64,000 bases of DNA from Chloroflexota bacterium. Its GTDB lineage: Bacteria > Chloroflexota > Dehalococcoidia > GIF9 > AB-539-J10. This document shows positions 50,319-60,419 of the stretch, one piece after another (positions within the stretch are counted from its first letter, which is position 1; every line of letters begins with the position of its first letter). The stretch covers positions 1,082 to 65,081 of the forward strand of contig JBBIMO010000005.1 in NCBI GenBank assembly GCA_037444365.1, given 5' to 3'. The position numbers and the translations under genes are program-made. Under the pieces are notes generated by a model. It saw only the letters and a list, made by a program, of their open reading frames with translations, was not told where the DNA came from and ran no database searches.

Positions 50319-51230
50319 ATGGCTGGGGGTCTTGGGTTAGAATTTGGTACTTCACCCATGCTGGACAAAAGGTCCCCCGAAAGCGCTTTTTCTCAGAACA
50401 AGTTCAATTTGCCCCCGGCGGAGCTCAAACAAATGGCCAAAAAGCTACGCCGTCATGTAATCACCATGATAGCTACGGCAGGCAGTGGGCATCCGGGCGG
50501 CTCTCTATCGTCAGCTGACATAATCACTGCGCTCTATTTCAGGATTCTGCGCCATGACCCCAGGAGTCCTCGGTGGGCAGACCGTGACCGATTTGTGTTA
50601 AGCAAAGGACATGCTGCTCCAATTCTGTACGCTGCCCTGGCCGAAGCAGGCTACTTTCCCGTGGCGGAACTGGCGACTTTGAGAAAGTTGGATAGCCGGC
50701 TCCAAGGACATACTGATAGGAAATTCACCCCCGGCGTGGAAATGTCAGCTGGCTCTTTAGGGATGGGGTTATCCTTTGGTGTTGGCACTGCTCTGGCTGC
50801 CCGGCTCGATTCCAAAACCTACCGAACCTATGTTCTTCTCAGCGACGGGGAATGTGAGGAAGGCCAGACCTGGGAGGCGGCACTTTCAGCAGCTCATTTC
50901 AAACTGGATAATCTGACAGCCATAGTTGACTATAATGGTATACAGCTCAGCGGATGGACCCGTGACATCATGAACCTTGAGCCTTTCCCCCGCAAATGGC
51001 AGGCCTTTGGGTGGCGCACTATTGACATAGACGGGCATGACTTTGATCAAATCCTATCCGCTTGCCAAAGAGCTGAGAAAACAAGGAACAAACCGACCGC
51101 CATCATTGCCCACACCATCAAGGGCAAGGGAGTTAGCTTCATGGAGAACAATGCGGCATTTCATGGCAAGGCGCCAACGGCCGAAGAAGCCGAAAGGGCA
51201 TTGAAGGAACTGGAGTTACTACCCAGTTAG
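50319..51230 (+). CDS. Transketolase N-terminal (TPP-binding) subunit
   Basis: It has GSGHPGGSLS and GDGECEEGQTWEA. It is a split transketolase, and the true start may be an internal Met (~50358 or 50433). Confidence 0.8.
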   Translation: MAGGLGLEFGTSPMLDKRSPESAFSQNKFNLPPAELKQMAKKLRRHVITMIATAGSGHPGGSLSSADIITALYFRILRHDPRSPRWADRDRFVLSKGHAAPILYAALAEAGYFPVAELATLRKLDSRLQGHTDRKFTPGVEMSAGSLGMGLSFGVGTALAARLDSKTYRTYVLLSDGECEEGQTWEAALSAAHFKLDNLTAIVDYNGIQLSGWTRDIMNLEPFPRKWQAFGWRTIDIDGHDFDQILSACQRAEKTRNKPTAIIAHTIKGKGVSFMENNAAFHGKAPTAEEAERALKELELLPS

Positions 51231-51273
51231 GAGAGCGAGGTGAGGTTTTTGTGGGGAGGGAAAGGAGACAGTC

Positions 51274-52224
51274 ATGGCTGAAGCATCTACTCGGGAAACT
51301 TACGGCAAGACCCTGGCAGAGCTAGGCAGGCAGAACAGAGATATTGTTGTTCTGGACAGCGACCTGTCACCGTCAACGATGACCACCTTTTTTGCCCGCG
51401 AGTTTCCTGACCGCTTTTTCGACTGCGGCCTGGAAGAACAAAACATGATTGGCATTGCCGCTGGGTTGGCTGCCTCAGGAAAGATCGTCTTTGTCAGTAC
51501 CTTCGCCATCTTTGCTTCATGTCGCTGTTTTGACCAGCTAAGGCTTTGTCTCTCCCAGCCGGAACTAAATGTCAAAGTTGTCGCCACGCACGGGGGCATC
51601 TCAGTCGGTGAAGACGGCAGCTCTCATCACGCCATTGAGGATTTGGCCCTGTACTGCGCTCTACCAGGCTTCACTGTTGTCGTTCCTGCTGACGCTATAG
51701 AAGCTGCTGGGGCAGTGAAGGTAGCAGCAAGTGAATCTGGGCCTTTCTACATCAGATTAAGCCGTCCCAAGACGCCAGTCGTGTATCCCGAAGGCCACCA
51801 CTACACACTGGGCAAAGCAGTGGTCATGAGACAGGGCTCGGATGCAACTGTCATAGCCACAGGCATCATGGTAGCCAAAGCTCTAGAAGCAGCAGACACC
51901 CTGGCAAGAGAAGGCATAGATTGCCGGGTAATCAATATGCATACCCTCAAGCCTCTGGATGAAGCAGCTGTAGTCAAAGGGGCTTCAGAGACGGGCGCAA
52001 TTGTCGTTGCTGAAGAGCACCTGGCTCAAGGAGGTCTGGGTAGCCGAGTCGCTCAGATAGCAGCTAGGTCAAAGCCAGTGCCCATGGAGTTCGTCAACCT
52101 CGGTGACAGGTATGCAGTGTCAGGCACATCTGATGAATTGCTTCAAAGGTATGGATTGACTGCCAGAAACATTGTAGATGCCGTAAAGGCAGCGATCAAG
52201 CGAAAGCAATATTCCTGCGTTTAG
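51274..52224 (+). CDS. Transketolase C-terminal (pyrimidine-binding) subunit
   Basis: The Transket_pyr domain (FFDCGLEEQNMIGIAAGLA) is followed by the C-terminal domain. Confidence 0.8.
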   Translation: MAEASTRETYGKTLAELGRQNRDIVVLDSDLSPSTMTTFFAREFPDRFFDCGLEEQNMIGIAAGLAASGKIVFVSTFAIFASCRCFDQLRLCLSQPELNVKVVATHGGISVGEDGSSHHAIEDLALYCALPGFTVVVPADAIEAAGAVKVAASESGPFYIRLSRPKTPVVYPEGHHYTLGKAVVMRQGSDATVIATGIMVAKALEAADTLAREGIDCRVINMHTLKPLDEAAVVKGASETGAIVVAEEHLAQGGLGSRVAQIAARSKPVPMEFVNLGDRYAVSGTSDELLQRYGLTARNIVDAVKAAIKRKQYSCV

Positions 52225-52251
52225 TTTAGACAAGACCGAATACTGTCTAGA

Positions 52252-53028
52252 GTGATTGGAGGCTTGGGAATGAGAAGACGCTTTTGGGTCACTTTAGCTT
52301 ATGTGGGCGTGCTGGGCCTGGTCGCAGTGTCTGGTCTAGGCTGTGGCGGACTCTTCTATGGCACAAGCTCCACTGTAAGCAGGGCCCCAACGACGGAGTC
52401 TGAATTCACGTCTTACATCACACCCGATTGCCCATCCGTCAAGGAAGTTCTGCAGGGTATTGTTGGCCTTCCCCCTTACGAACTCTCCCAGGCTGGCTTT
52501 GACGCTATTCGAAACTGGGTCGCGAATAATATACGTTATGCGTCTGACCAAGAACGATGGGGAGGTGATCACTGGCAGACACCGGAAGAAACCCTAATGT
52601 ACCGCACTGGCGACTGCGAAGACTTCTCTATATTGCTATGCTCTCTGCTTAGAGCCTATGGCATTGACGCCGAGCGGGTGTATGTCGCCCTGGGCACCGA
52701 CGGTGGAGACGACGGCCATGCTTTTCTGATAGAGGATTGGTACTCCAACGGGGATTGGCGGAGACTAGAGTCGCAAGCGTCTGCTCAACTGTCTTCGTAT
52801 GCCTGGCGCTGGGGGCTCAGGTCACATCCTGACGCTACACTGGACAAATACGAGATCACTGAGGTATTCAATGACCTTCATTATTGTCAGGATGGCGCTG
52901 AATCCTTCTCATGGGGTAACGATCAAGACAACTCCTCGACGGTAACGAGGATAACAAATGCTCTGGGCTACATCGTGCGGCTATTGTCACGATGCACACG
53001 GTATCTTCTTGGACTTCTCTTTGACTAG
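52252..53028 (+). CDS. Transglutaminase-like cysteine protease-fold lipoprotein
   Basis: It has a lipobox (VSGLGCGG), Cys (TGDCEDFSILL), His (GHAFL) and Asp, in transglutaminase-core order. Confidence 0.6.
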   Translation: MIGGLGMRRRFWVTLAYVGVLGLVAVSGLGCGGLFYGTSSTVSRAPTTESEFTSYITPDCPSVKEVLQGIVGLPPYELSQAGFDAIRNWVANNIRYASDQERWGGDHWQTPEETLMYRTGDCEDFSILLCSLLRAYGIDAERVYVALGTDGGDDGHAFLIEDWYSNGDWRRLESQASAQLSSYAWRWGLRSHPDATLDKYEITEVFNDLHYCQDGAESFSWGNDQDNSSTVTRITNALGYIVRLLSRCTRYLLGLLFD

Positions 53029-53050
53029 GACAGGCGAGACACGTCCCAGA

Positions 53051-53665
53051 CTAGTAACTACACTCCTGCTTTGATAACCTTTCCAGCTTTCTCTTCAGCG
53101 CCAGCAGATTAACCACGTCTTCCTTGTTGTATTCCAGCAACAGACGTAGCGCCTTGCTGTCGTGGTGAACCCGATATCTCCACCAGAGCATGGCTGCTTC
53201 CGCTCCTGCAATACCCCGTAGCCGCCGGGGAATACCCAGTCTTCGCTCTGCTGCCTTGAAGCCGCCATATAGACCATTCCTCCAGCAATCACGCATAAGA
53301 TCATGGTGACGAAAATGCTCTCTTAGATTTGTCCCGAGACGGGCACTTATGAACGGAATGTCAAAGCGACTTCCATTGAATGTATATATGGTATCCACGC
53401 AACGCAGGGTTCGGAGCAAGTTGGTCCTGGTCACCTCATCGCCGACAAGTTGAACCAGTCTATTGCCAGTCTTATTGGCCAAGTAGATGCCAATAACGGT
53501 TATTTCGTCATAAAACGAGCATAGGCCCGTGGTCTCGATATCAAGATAAGCATCAGATAGTGGTTCCAACATGCCCTCTGCCCTTCCAGTGAAGCTACTT
53601 TGGCATATGATAGCATATGTCTTGGAGAACTGAAGCGGCTCCATAAGCCTTCTACATGGTATCAT
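53051..53665 (-). CDS. RNase H-like fold (YprB / DnaQ-like) predicted exonuclease
   Basis: The motif LDIETTGL....ITVIGIY......[10 protein letters not shown] is typical of the RNase_H_2/YprB family. The true start is probably the internal MLEPL at ~53572. Confidence 0.55.
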   Translation of the reverse strand: MIPCRRLMEPLQFSKTYAIICQSSFTGRAEGMLEPLSDAYLDIETTGLCSFYDEITVIGIYLANKTGNRLVQLVGDEVTRTNLLRTLRCVDTIYTFNGSRFDIPFISARLGTNLREHFRHHDLMRDCWRNGLYGGFKAAERRLGIPRRLRGIAGAEAAMLWWRYRVHHDSKALRLLLEYNKEDVVNLLALKRKLERLSKQECSY

Positions 53666-53720
53666 TCTAGCCGGGGAGCTACCAGATATAGGCTTGCACT
53701 ATCAGCACGGGAGAGCAAAT

Positions 53721-53930
53721 ATGAAGGAGTGTACCAAGGAGCAAAACAAGCAGAAATGCAACTGCACCTATGAGCCATGCAGCAGAAAAGGCATTTGCTG
53801 CCAGTGCCTAAGATACCATTGGCAGGCAGGAGAGGTTCCAGCCTGTTTCTTTTCGGACGACGTGGAAAGAACCTATGACCGTTCGATCAGGAAGTTTGTC
53901 GAGACCTATAAGAAGAGAGGCGGATCATGA
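53721..53930 (+). CDS. Cysteine-rich small-domain protein (zf-like, PF04071-type)
   Basis: It reads [52 protein letters not shown] lies 7 nt upstream of this ATG. Confidence 0.5.
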   Translation: MKECTKEQNKQKCNCTYEPCSRKGICCQCLRYHWQAGEVPACFFSDDVERTYDRSIRKFVETYKKRGGS

Positions 53931-53987
53931 CCAGCCACCAAGACTGGATAGGCAGATTGCCGAATGCTCTGCTATACTTCTTCTGAC

Positions 53988-54701
53988 ATGCCAAGAATAG
54001 ACGACCGGGCTGACAACGAACTTCGCCTTGTACGCATAGTCCTAGGATACCAGAGTTTTGCCGAGGGTTCAGCCTTGATTGAGCTGGGGCAAACAAGAGT
54101 ATTGTGCTCAGTGAGCATGGATGAAAAGGTTCCCCCCTTTCGCAGAGGTAGCGGGCAGGGCTGGGTGACTGCGGAGTATGCCATGCTGCCTCGTTCCACA
54201 GTCACTCGCACACCACGCGATAGGACAGAAGGAAGAAATCAGGAGATACAACGCCTTATCGGCCGCAGCTTGAGAGCAGTAACCAACCTGGCTATTCTGG
54301 GAGAGAGGACATTCATAGTGGATTGTGATGTACTACAAGCCGATGGTGGCACTAGAACCGCAGCTATCACCGGTGGGTATGTTGCGCTTTATCACGCTTT
54401 TCATAACTTGAGAAGGCAGGGCATCTTGCCAGTTATGCCATTAAACAAGATGATAGCAGCCACCAGCGTGGGTATCGTGAATGGTAATATGCTGCTTGAT
54501 CTTTGTTATCAGGAAGACTCCCAGGCTGAAGTCGATTTCAATGTGGTCATGACCGATCAAAATGACTTTGTGGAAATTCAGGGAACTGCCGAGGGCAAGC
54601 CCTTCTCTAAAGAAACCGCTGATGCGCTACTTTCCTTAGCCCGGCAAGGGATAGCCAGATTATTCAAGCTTCAGAGAGAAACCTTGAGGGCTCTGTCTTG
54701 A
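53988..54701 (+). CDS. rph: Ribonuclease PH
   Basis: It reads [41 protein letters not shown]...[19 protein letters not shown], and is colinear with Rph. Confidence 0.9.
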   Translation: MPRIDDRADNELRLVRIVLGYQSFAEGSALIELGQTRVLCSVSMDEKVPPFRRGSGQGWVTAEYAMLPRSTVTRTPRDRTEGRNQEIQRLIGRSLRAVTNLAILGERTFIVDCDVLQADGGTRTAAITGGYVALYHAFHNLRRQGILPVMPLNKMIAATSVGIVNGNMLLDLCYQEDSQAEVDFNVVMTDQNDFVEIQGTAEGKPFSKETADALLSLARQGIARLFKLQRETLRALS

Positions 54702-54711
54702 ACCTATCTGC

Positions 54712-56112
54712 GTGTTTTTCCCTTCTGCTTGTCTTGTTATCAGCAGGGTTGCGTTTGCATTGACAGTAACCCTGTTTTATACTTTGATTCTGCGCAAATT
54801 AATGAGGTTTGGAAAATTGACCCAGCTCGAATCAGCGCGAAAAGGCACTGCTTCGCCCCAGACAAAGCATGTAGCCGAAAGTGAAAGACTGGAGACGGAT
54901 TTCGTCATCCGAGGCTTGGCCGACGGTGACATCATCATTCCAGCCAACGTTAATCATGCAAAGCTAATTCCGTGCGGGATAGGCAAAGGACTGAGAACCA
55001 AGGTCAATGCCAACATAGGCACATCCTCAGACGCTTGTGATTTGAGCATGGAACTAAGGAAACTACAGACTGCCATCGACTTTGGCACCGACACTGTGAT
55101 GGATCTGAGCACCGGAGGCGATATCTCAGCTATCAGAAGGGCTATTATGGGAGCCAGCACCGTGCCAGTGGGAACAGTCCCCATTTATCAGGCGGCTATT
55201 GAAGCCATTGAGAACCGTGGTGCTATCGTAAACATGACCATTGACGAGATTTTTTCTGTAATCGAAGAACATGCCAAAGACGGCGTTGATTTCATGACCA
55301 TCCATTGCGGAGTGACTCAAGCATCTCTGGCCAGGCTCAAAGGGCAGCGTAGGACAACTGACATAGTGTCCCGAGGTGGGGCTTTCCTCATCGGCTGGAT
55401 GCTCCACAATGATAAAGAAAACCCTTTGTATGAGCATTATGACCGCCTACTGGATCTGGCTCTTGAATATGACTTCGCTTTGAGTCTGGGCGATGGCTTG
55501 CGTCCGGGCTGCCTGGCTGATGCTAGCGACAGGGCTCAAATCCAGGAATTGATCATCCTGGGTGAACTGGTGGACCGCGCTAGAGAAGCCGGTGTTCAAG
55601 CTATGGTTGAAGGGCCTGGCCATTTACCGTTGGACCAAATCACCACCAATGTCCGCCTGGAAAAGAGCCTATGCCGTGGGGCACCATTCTACGTACTTGG
55701 TCCTTTGGTCACCGACATAGGCGCAGGCTACGATCACATAACTGCTGCTATTGGAGGAGCAATTGCCGCTGCCGCTGGCGCAGACTTCTTGTGTTACGTT
55801 ACCCCTACGGAGCACCTTTCCCTGCCCACGGTGCAGGATGTCAAAGAAGGAGTAATCGCCTCCCGCATAGCTGCTCATGCTGGCGATATTGTTAAGGGTG
55901 TAAAAGGCGCCAAGGAGTGGGACAACCAAATGTCCATGGCGCGCAAGGCTTTTGACTGGGAGACCCAAGCCAGGCTATCTCTGGACCCAAGGCTTTCGCA
56001 GCAAATCCATAGCAAAATACCTGCTAGCGGAGCAGCTTGCAGTATGTGCGGCAAATACTGCGCTATGGCCATAGTGGAGGAATACCTCGGTATCTCAGCG
56101 CCCAAATGCTAG
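54712..56112 (+). CDS. thiC: Phosphomethylpyrimidine synthase ThiC
   Basis: It has IIPANVNH...[17 protein letters not shown], a radical SAM-type core and a C-terminal CxxCxxxxC (CSMCGKYC). The first ~30 codons are hydrophobic and may be 5' over-extension; an alternative start lies at ~54802. Confidence 0.85.
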   Translation: MFFPSACLVISRVAFALTVTLFYTLILRKLMRFGKLTQLESARKGTASPQTKHVAESERLETDFVIRGLADGDIIIPANVNHAKLIPCGIGKGLRTKVNANIGTSSDACDLSMELRKLQTAIDFGTDTVMDLSTGGDISAIRRAIMGASTVPVGTVPIYQAAIEAIENRGAIVNMTIDEIFSVIEEHAKDGVDFMTIHCGVTQASLARLKGQRRTTDIVSRGGAFLIGWMLHNDKENPLYEHYDRLLDLALEYDFALSLGDGLRPGCLADASDRAQIQELIILGELVDRAREAGVQAMVEGPGHLPLDQITTNVRLEKSLCRGAPFYVLGPLVTDIGAGYDHITAAIGGAIAAAAGADFLCYVTPTEHLSLPTVQDVKEGVIASRIAAHAGDIVKGVKGAKEWDNQMSMARKAFDWETQARLSLDPRLSQQIHSKIPASGAACSMCGKYCAMAIVEEYLGISAPKC

Positions 56113-56144
56113 AACAGCCGTCAACTCACAGGTCATAATGAAAG

Positions 56145-57365
56145 ATGAAGGCAGAAATAATACCTGTCGGCACGGAAATCCTGCTGGGCAATATAGTTGA
56201 CACCAATTCCTCTTTCTTGGCCAGTCAATTGCCTCTGTTGGGAATTGACCTGTATTTCATCTCTACGACAGGCGACAATCATAGGAGGTTGGTTGATACC
56301 CTGAAACGAGCCTGGGAAAGAGCAGACCTTATTATCACCACCGGTGGACTGGGACCGACTCAGGATGACATTACCCGTGAAGCCATCAGCGACCTGGTGG
56401 GTGAAGAACCCAGAGTCGATGAGAGGCTATGGCAGGAATTGCAGGACTTACTCCGCCGCTATCTTGGCGAAGTACCGCAGAGCAATGTCAGACAGGCGAC
56501 CATTATCCCCTCCGCTGAAACAATACCAAACCGTATGGGCACAGCGCCTGGCTGGTGGGTTGAAAAGGACAAGCACATAGTTATAGCTCTGCCTGGACCA
56601 TCCGATGAGATGAAAATGATGTGGGAGGAAGGTGTTTTGCCCAAGCTGAGGCAGAGAGTGACAGGAGAGGTCATACTATCCAGGGTGATCAAAACCTTTC
56701 GGCTGGCCGAAGCTAAGGCAGATGAACTGACGGCCCGTCTTTCCAAACTATCCAATCCTACTCTCGCTACTTATATCAATCCCGATGGTGTCCACCTGCG
56801 TATTACAGCCAAGGCAAAGGATGTGGCGGAAGCTCAACGCCTGATTTCACAGAGCGAAGAGCAAATTCGCAACACTCTCTCTCCTTACATTTGGGGGGTG
56901 GACGATGATACCCTTGTCTCCGTTATTGGGGAGTTGCTCAGAACCAGAAGCTGGAGTTTGGCCACAATGGAATCTTGCACCGAGGGCCTCCTGTGCAGCA
57001 CTATCGCCAGTGATAGACGAAGCCGTGCTTATTTCAAGGGGGGATTGCTGGCATTTTCCGATGAGGCTAAGATGGCTTGCGGTGTTGCTGACTCTGTTGC
57101 GAAGCGATACGGCAACCAAAGCACTGAAGTGGCCAAAGCGATGGCCGAGAATGTGTGCCGAAACTTCAGAAGCGATGTTGGCATAGGTATCGGGGGCAAC
57201 ATAGATGCCGACAGGAATTCTGGCGAGGCATTCATAGGCTTGAGCAGCGACGGATTCCAGCAAACCTTCACCCACAAGCTTCGTGGCAATCGCTCAAGAA
57301 TGAAACAAAGGGCTGTTTATGCCGCCCTTTTCGATCTAAGAAACACTTTGCTTGAGGAGGTCTAA
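56145..57365 (+). CDS. cinA: CinA-family protein (MoCF-binding domain + NMN deamidase PncC domain)
   Basis: The N-terminus MKAEIIPVGTEILLG is followed by ITTGGLGPTQDD and a C-terminal CinA domain. Confidence 0.85.
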   Translation: MKAEIIPVGTEILLGNIVDTNSSFLASQLPLLGIDLYFISTTGDNHRRLVDTLKRAWERADLIITTGGLGPTQDDITREAISDLVGEEPRVDERLWQELQDLLRRYLGEVPQSNVRQATIIPSAETIPNRMGTAPGWWVEKDKHIVIALPGPSDEMKMMWEEGVLPKLRQRVTGEVILSRVIKTFRLAEAKADELTARLSKLSNPTLATYINPDGVHLRITAKAKDVAEAQRLISQSEEQIRNTLSPYIWGVDDDTLVSVIGELLRTRSWSLATMESCTEGLLCSTIASDRRSRAYFKGGLLAFSDEAKMACGVADSVAKRYGNQSTEVAKAMAENVCRNFRSDVGIGIGGNIDADRNSGEAFIGLSSDGFQQTFTHKLRGNRSRMKQRAVYAALFDLRNTLLEEV

Positions 57366-57784
57366 TGCACTTAATCATAGATGGCTATTCCAGCAACCAG
57401 AAGATTCTCAGCGATGAGGAACTTCTCCGCAAGTGGTTAGAGAGTTATCCCGCGAGAATTGGCATGACCAGAATCTCGCCTCCATACGTGCTCAAATACA
57501 TCGGGCCGGTGTTGGACGACTGGGGAATATCGGGATTTGTCTTCATAGCGGAGAGTCACATCGGCATCCACACCTTTGTCGAGCGTAACTACATTAATAT
57601 TGACGTCTTCTCCTGCAAGGATTTCGACTCAGAGAAGGCCATACAGGATTTCACGGAGGGGTTTCAGCTCGTCAAGTTACGGACTTATCTGCTTGACAGA
57701 GAATGGCCCGCAACGGAACCCAGAACCAGGCGCCGTGAGCGCCGGGCCAACCACCAGCGTTTCATTTACCATGAAAGATCGTGA
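57365..57784 (+). CDS. speH: Pyruvoyl-dependent S-adenosylmethionine decarboxylase proenzyme (SpeH / archaeal-type)
   Basis: It has the motif FIAESHIGIHTFVE (ESH-S-HT-PE), where the pyruvoyl-forming Ser lies. The start overlaps the cinA stop (TAATG). Confidence 0.75.
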   Translation: MHLIIDGYSSNQKILSDEELLRKWLESYPARIGMTRISPPYVLKYIGPVLDDWGISGFVFIAESHIGIHTFVERNYINIDVFSCKDFDSEKAIQDFTEGFQLVKLRTYLLDREWPATEPRTRRRERRANHQRFIYHERS

Positions 57785-58715
57785 TTGCCACGTTGAGTCC
57801 TTTGCTGGTTGGCATGAAGGGACATTTCTGCCACATGAGGGCTTTGCGGGGCTAGAACCCCCTTATTCAGATCTACGGCAGGCCAAGACTGTAGTTCTAC
57901 CTGTCCCCTACGACAGCACCAGCGAATGGCGAAGCGGGTCTCGCCATGGTCCACAGGCCATCATCGCTGCCTCCCAGTATTTGGAGCTTTATGATCTGGA
58001 ATTGAACCGCGAGATATACCAGGTTGGTATTTCCACCCTGCCTCAGGTGGAACCTGTGTTGAGCAGCCCTCAAGATATGATTGAGAGGGTCTGTCAAGTG
58101 GTTAAGGCCTTGATACAAAAGGGCAAATTCGTAGTGTTGCTTGGTGGAGAACACACCTTGTCTCTAGGGGCGGTTCGAGCCTTCAAGGAAGCATTTCCCG
58201 GGCTTTCTGTGCTACAGCTAGATGCCCATGCTGACCTTCGGGATGAATATCTGGGAACCAGATATAGTCAGGCTTGTGTTATGCGTCGCATCTCTGAGCT
58301 TTGTCCTGTCTCCCAGGTAGGAGTACGCAGCCTTAGCTGGGAAGAGAAACAATTCTTGACACAAGACAGAAACTGTCCTTCCCCGCGTGTCTTTCCTTTC
58401 TACATGTCTGATTTGTCATCCAACAGGGTTTCCGCAGCTCAGATAGTGAACTCGCTTAGCAAGGATGTCTATGTCACCATAGATGTAGATGTTCTCGACC
58501 CCTCCATTATGCCAGCGGTGGGCACTCCTGAGCCCGACGGAATGTCATGGCGGCAAATTCTGGACATAATGGAATCAGTTGCCTTGCACAAGCATGTAGT
58601 GGGCTTCGACATTATGGAATTCTGCCCTGGAGAGGGACCGGGGGCTTGCGCTTATCTACTGGCTAAGTTAGCCTACAAGCTTATCGGCTACGCTATGCCG
58701 CAGGAACCGCGATGA
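57771..58715 (+). CDS. speB: Agmatinase (arginase/ureohydrolase family)
   Basis: The Mn-binding motifs are GGEHTLS, DAHADLRD and DVDVLDP. The start is chosen at the in-frame ATG at 57771, overlapping speH by 14 nt; the ORF-track start at 57576 runs through speH. Confidence 0.8.
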   Translation: MKDRDCHVESFAGWHEGTFLPHEGFAGLEPPYSDLRQAKTVVLPVPYDSTSEWRSGSRHGPQAIIAASQYLELYDLELNREIYQVGISTLPQVEPVLSSPQDMIERVCQVVKALIQKGKFVVLLGGEHTLSLGAVRAFKEAFPGLSVLQLDAHADLRDEYLGTRYSQACVMRRISELCPVSQVGVRSLSWEEKQFLTQDRNCPSPRVFPFYMSDLSSNRVSAAQIVNSLSKDVYVTIDVDVLDPSIMPAVGTPEPDGMSWRQILDIMESVALHKHVVGFDIMEFCPGEGPGACAYLLAKLAYKLIGYAMPQEPR

Positions 58716-59851
58716 GGGGCAACGTAAGTCTAGGCAAGGTTTTCGGCATTCCCCTGCGACTCCACTATACCTGGTTTGTTATCTTCGCTCTGGTAACCTA
58801 TTCACTCGTGCTTTATCCACTGGTAGAGCCTCCATACCCTCCAATAGGGCAGCGCATAATTCTGGGCATATTAACCAGCTTGCTCTTTTTTGCTTCCATC
58901 ATTACTCATGAACTGGCCCACAGCATTCTGGCTATACGCAACAATATCCCGGTCAAAGACATAACACTCTTCGTTTTCGGTGGCGTTTCTCAGATAACTA
59001 AGGAGGCAACCCAGCCTAAGGCGGAGCTTCTGATAGCCATAGTTGGCCCTTTGACCAGCGTGGCTTTGGCTGGCGCTTTCTACGGACTGCATCTTCTGCT
59101 GGCAGGAACACAGCAAATCCTGGCTGCCAGTTTGATGCAGTGGCTAGCTTTGATAAACGTAGTTTTGGCTGTATTCAACTTGATCCCTGGTTTTCCATTG
59201 GACGGGGGCCGTATACTTCGTGCTGTCGTATGGCAAACGACCCGCGATTATCACAGGGCAACTCGCATCGCTGCTAAAGTGGGACAGGGGATAGCTTATG
59301 CCTTTATTCTTGTGGGCATTCTGATCATCGTTTTCTTTGCTCAGTACTGGTTCAGGGGCTTATGGCTGGGTTTTATTGGCTGGTTCCTCCGCGATGCCGC
59401 CAGAGGTAGTTATCAACAGGTTCTGCTCCGCGATGCCCTTGTTGGCATCACAGCCCGCCAGGTTGCCGACTATGGCTCTCCCCTGATTCCTCCCCACATG
59501 AACTTAACAGAGCTTGTTGAGCAATACGTACTACCCACAGGACGAGGCTGCTTCCTGATAAGCTGGGGAGCTGAGTTGGAAGGCATGGTTACCCTGCAAC
59601 AGATAAAGAAAGTGCCCCATACCCGCTGGGCAGTCACTTCCGTGCAGGATATCATGACACCAGCGAGCAAACTAAAGGTAGCTTATGCTGACCAGGACCT
59701 CTTAAGCGTGCTCCAACAAATGAATGGTGAGAACTCCAATCATATACCGGTTATGGAAGCAGCTAAGGTGGTAGGAGCAATAAACCGAGAAGATGTAGCT
59801 CGCTTTCTTCGTACCCGAACCCAGTTCGGGACAGGCTCAACACTTAGATAG
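58712..59851 (+). CDS. Site-2 protease (M50) family membrane metalloprotease with tandem CBS domains
   Basis: It has HELAHS (HExxH), a LDGG motif and two C-terminal CBS domains. Confidence 0.8.
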   Translation: MRGNVSLGKVFGIPLRLHYTWFVIFALVTYSLVLYPLVEPPYPPIGQRIILGILTSLLFFASIITHELAHSILAIRNNIPVKDITLFVFGGVSQITKEATQPKAELLIAIVGPLTSVALAGAFYGLHLLLAGTQQILAASLMQWLALINVVLAVFNLIPGFPLDGGRILRAVVWQTTRDYHRATRIAAKVGQGIAYAFILVGILIIVFFAQYWFRGLWLGFIGWFLRDAARGSYQQVLLRDALVGITARQVADYGSPLIPPHMNLTELVEQYVLPTGRGCFLISWGAELEGMVTLQQIKKVPHTRWAVTSVQDIMTPASKLKVAYADQDLLSVLQQMNGENSNHIPVMEAAKVVGAINREDVARFLRTRTQFGTGSTLR

Positions 59852-59970
59852 CTATTATTGAGACGCTAGATATACCACCTCACATCCAAGAAGGGTTCAT
59901 CTCCGGGATTTGGTCAACGAGCTTCTGTCGAGCGATATAGCTCATGTCCTTTGAGGGCAATTCGGTAGCC

Positions 59971-60000
59971 AAGTGAGCCGCCAGGGTCTCGAACCCTGAA
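59971..60000 (-). other. tRNA-like 3' fragment (T-arm plus 3' acceptor half) with no detectable matching 5' half
   Basis: The minus strand reads CAGGG-TTCGAGA-CCCTG followed by GCGGCTC-A, a canonical T stem-loop plus acceptor 3' strand and discriminator. No complementary GAGCCGC or D/anticodon arms are found upstream. Confidence 0.3.
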
Positions 60001-60419
60001 CCTGCTGATTAAGAGTCTCTATAGCGTTCCCAGCCTGTAGGACACCCTTTTTAGCTTCAAAAGTGGGTTGGAAAGCCATCTGAAATCCCGACAGTCAGGA
60101 GGTCGGATTATTTCGCTTCCCCACCACTTGCTTGACTGATTTTATCATGCTTGCCTGAGGGGCAACAACTGTGCAGGTGTTTCCTCGCTGATATCTCGTC
60201 AAACAAGCCGTCATGTGTAACTTCGCCAATTTGATTTGACGATTCGGGACGGGGAGTTCAGGGTGTTCTATGAGCCTGAATCTAGCTTGCCTTTATTTGC
60301 CAACATTATTGGTCTCGACTTCAACGGCTTCAAGACTAGGCAGTAGCATTTTCTATTAACCATCTTCATTATGGTGTAAGAATCAGCGGCTACCACAGCC
60401 GCAACCATTGTTTGGCGGC

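Noticed and set aside
54640-54810. Looked for a TPP (THI-box) riboswitch upstream of thiC. The string ttgaacctatctg resembles the conserved GAACCUGAUCUGG element.
   Set aside because: There is no CUGAGA box and no pairing partner. The resemblance lies inside the rph C-terminal coding sequence, which reads as a good RNase PH C-terminal helix.
57576-57770. The ORF track extends the agmatinase gene 195 bp upstream.
   Set aside because: The extension runs through speH in another frame and is Ser/Arg-rich. Agmatinase homology begins at the Met at 57771.
59961-60040. Tried to call a complete minus-strand tRNA.
   Set aside because: The T-arm and acceptor 3' strand are convincing. No 5' acceptor strand complementary to GCGGCTC, and no D or anticodon stems, can be built. 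It is therefore reported only as a tRNA-like fragment.
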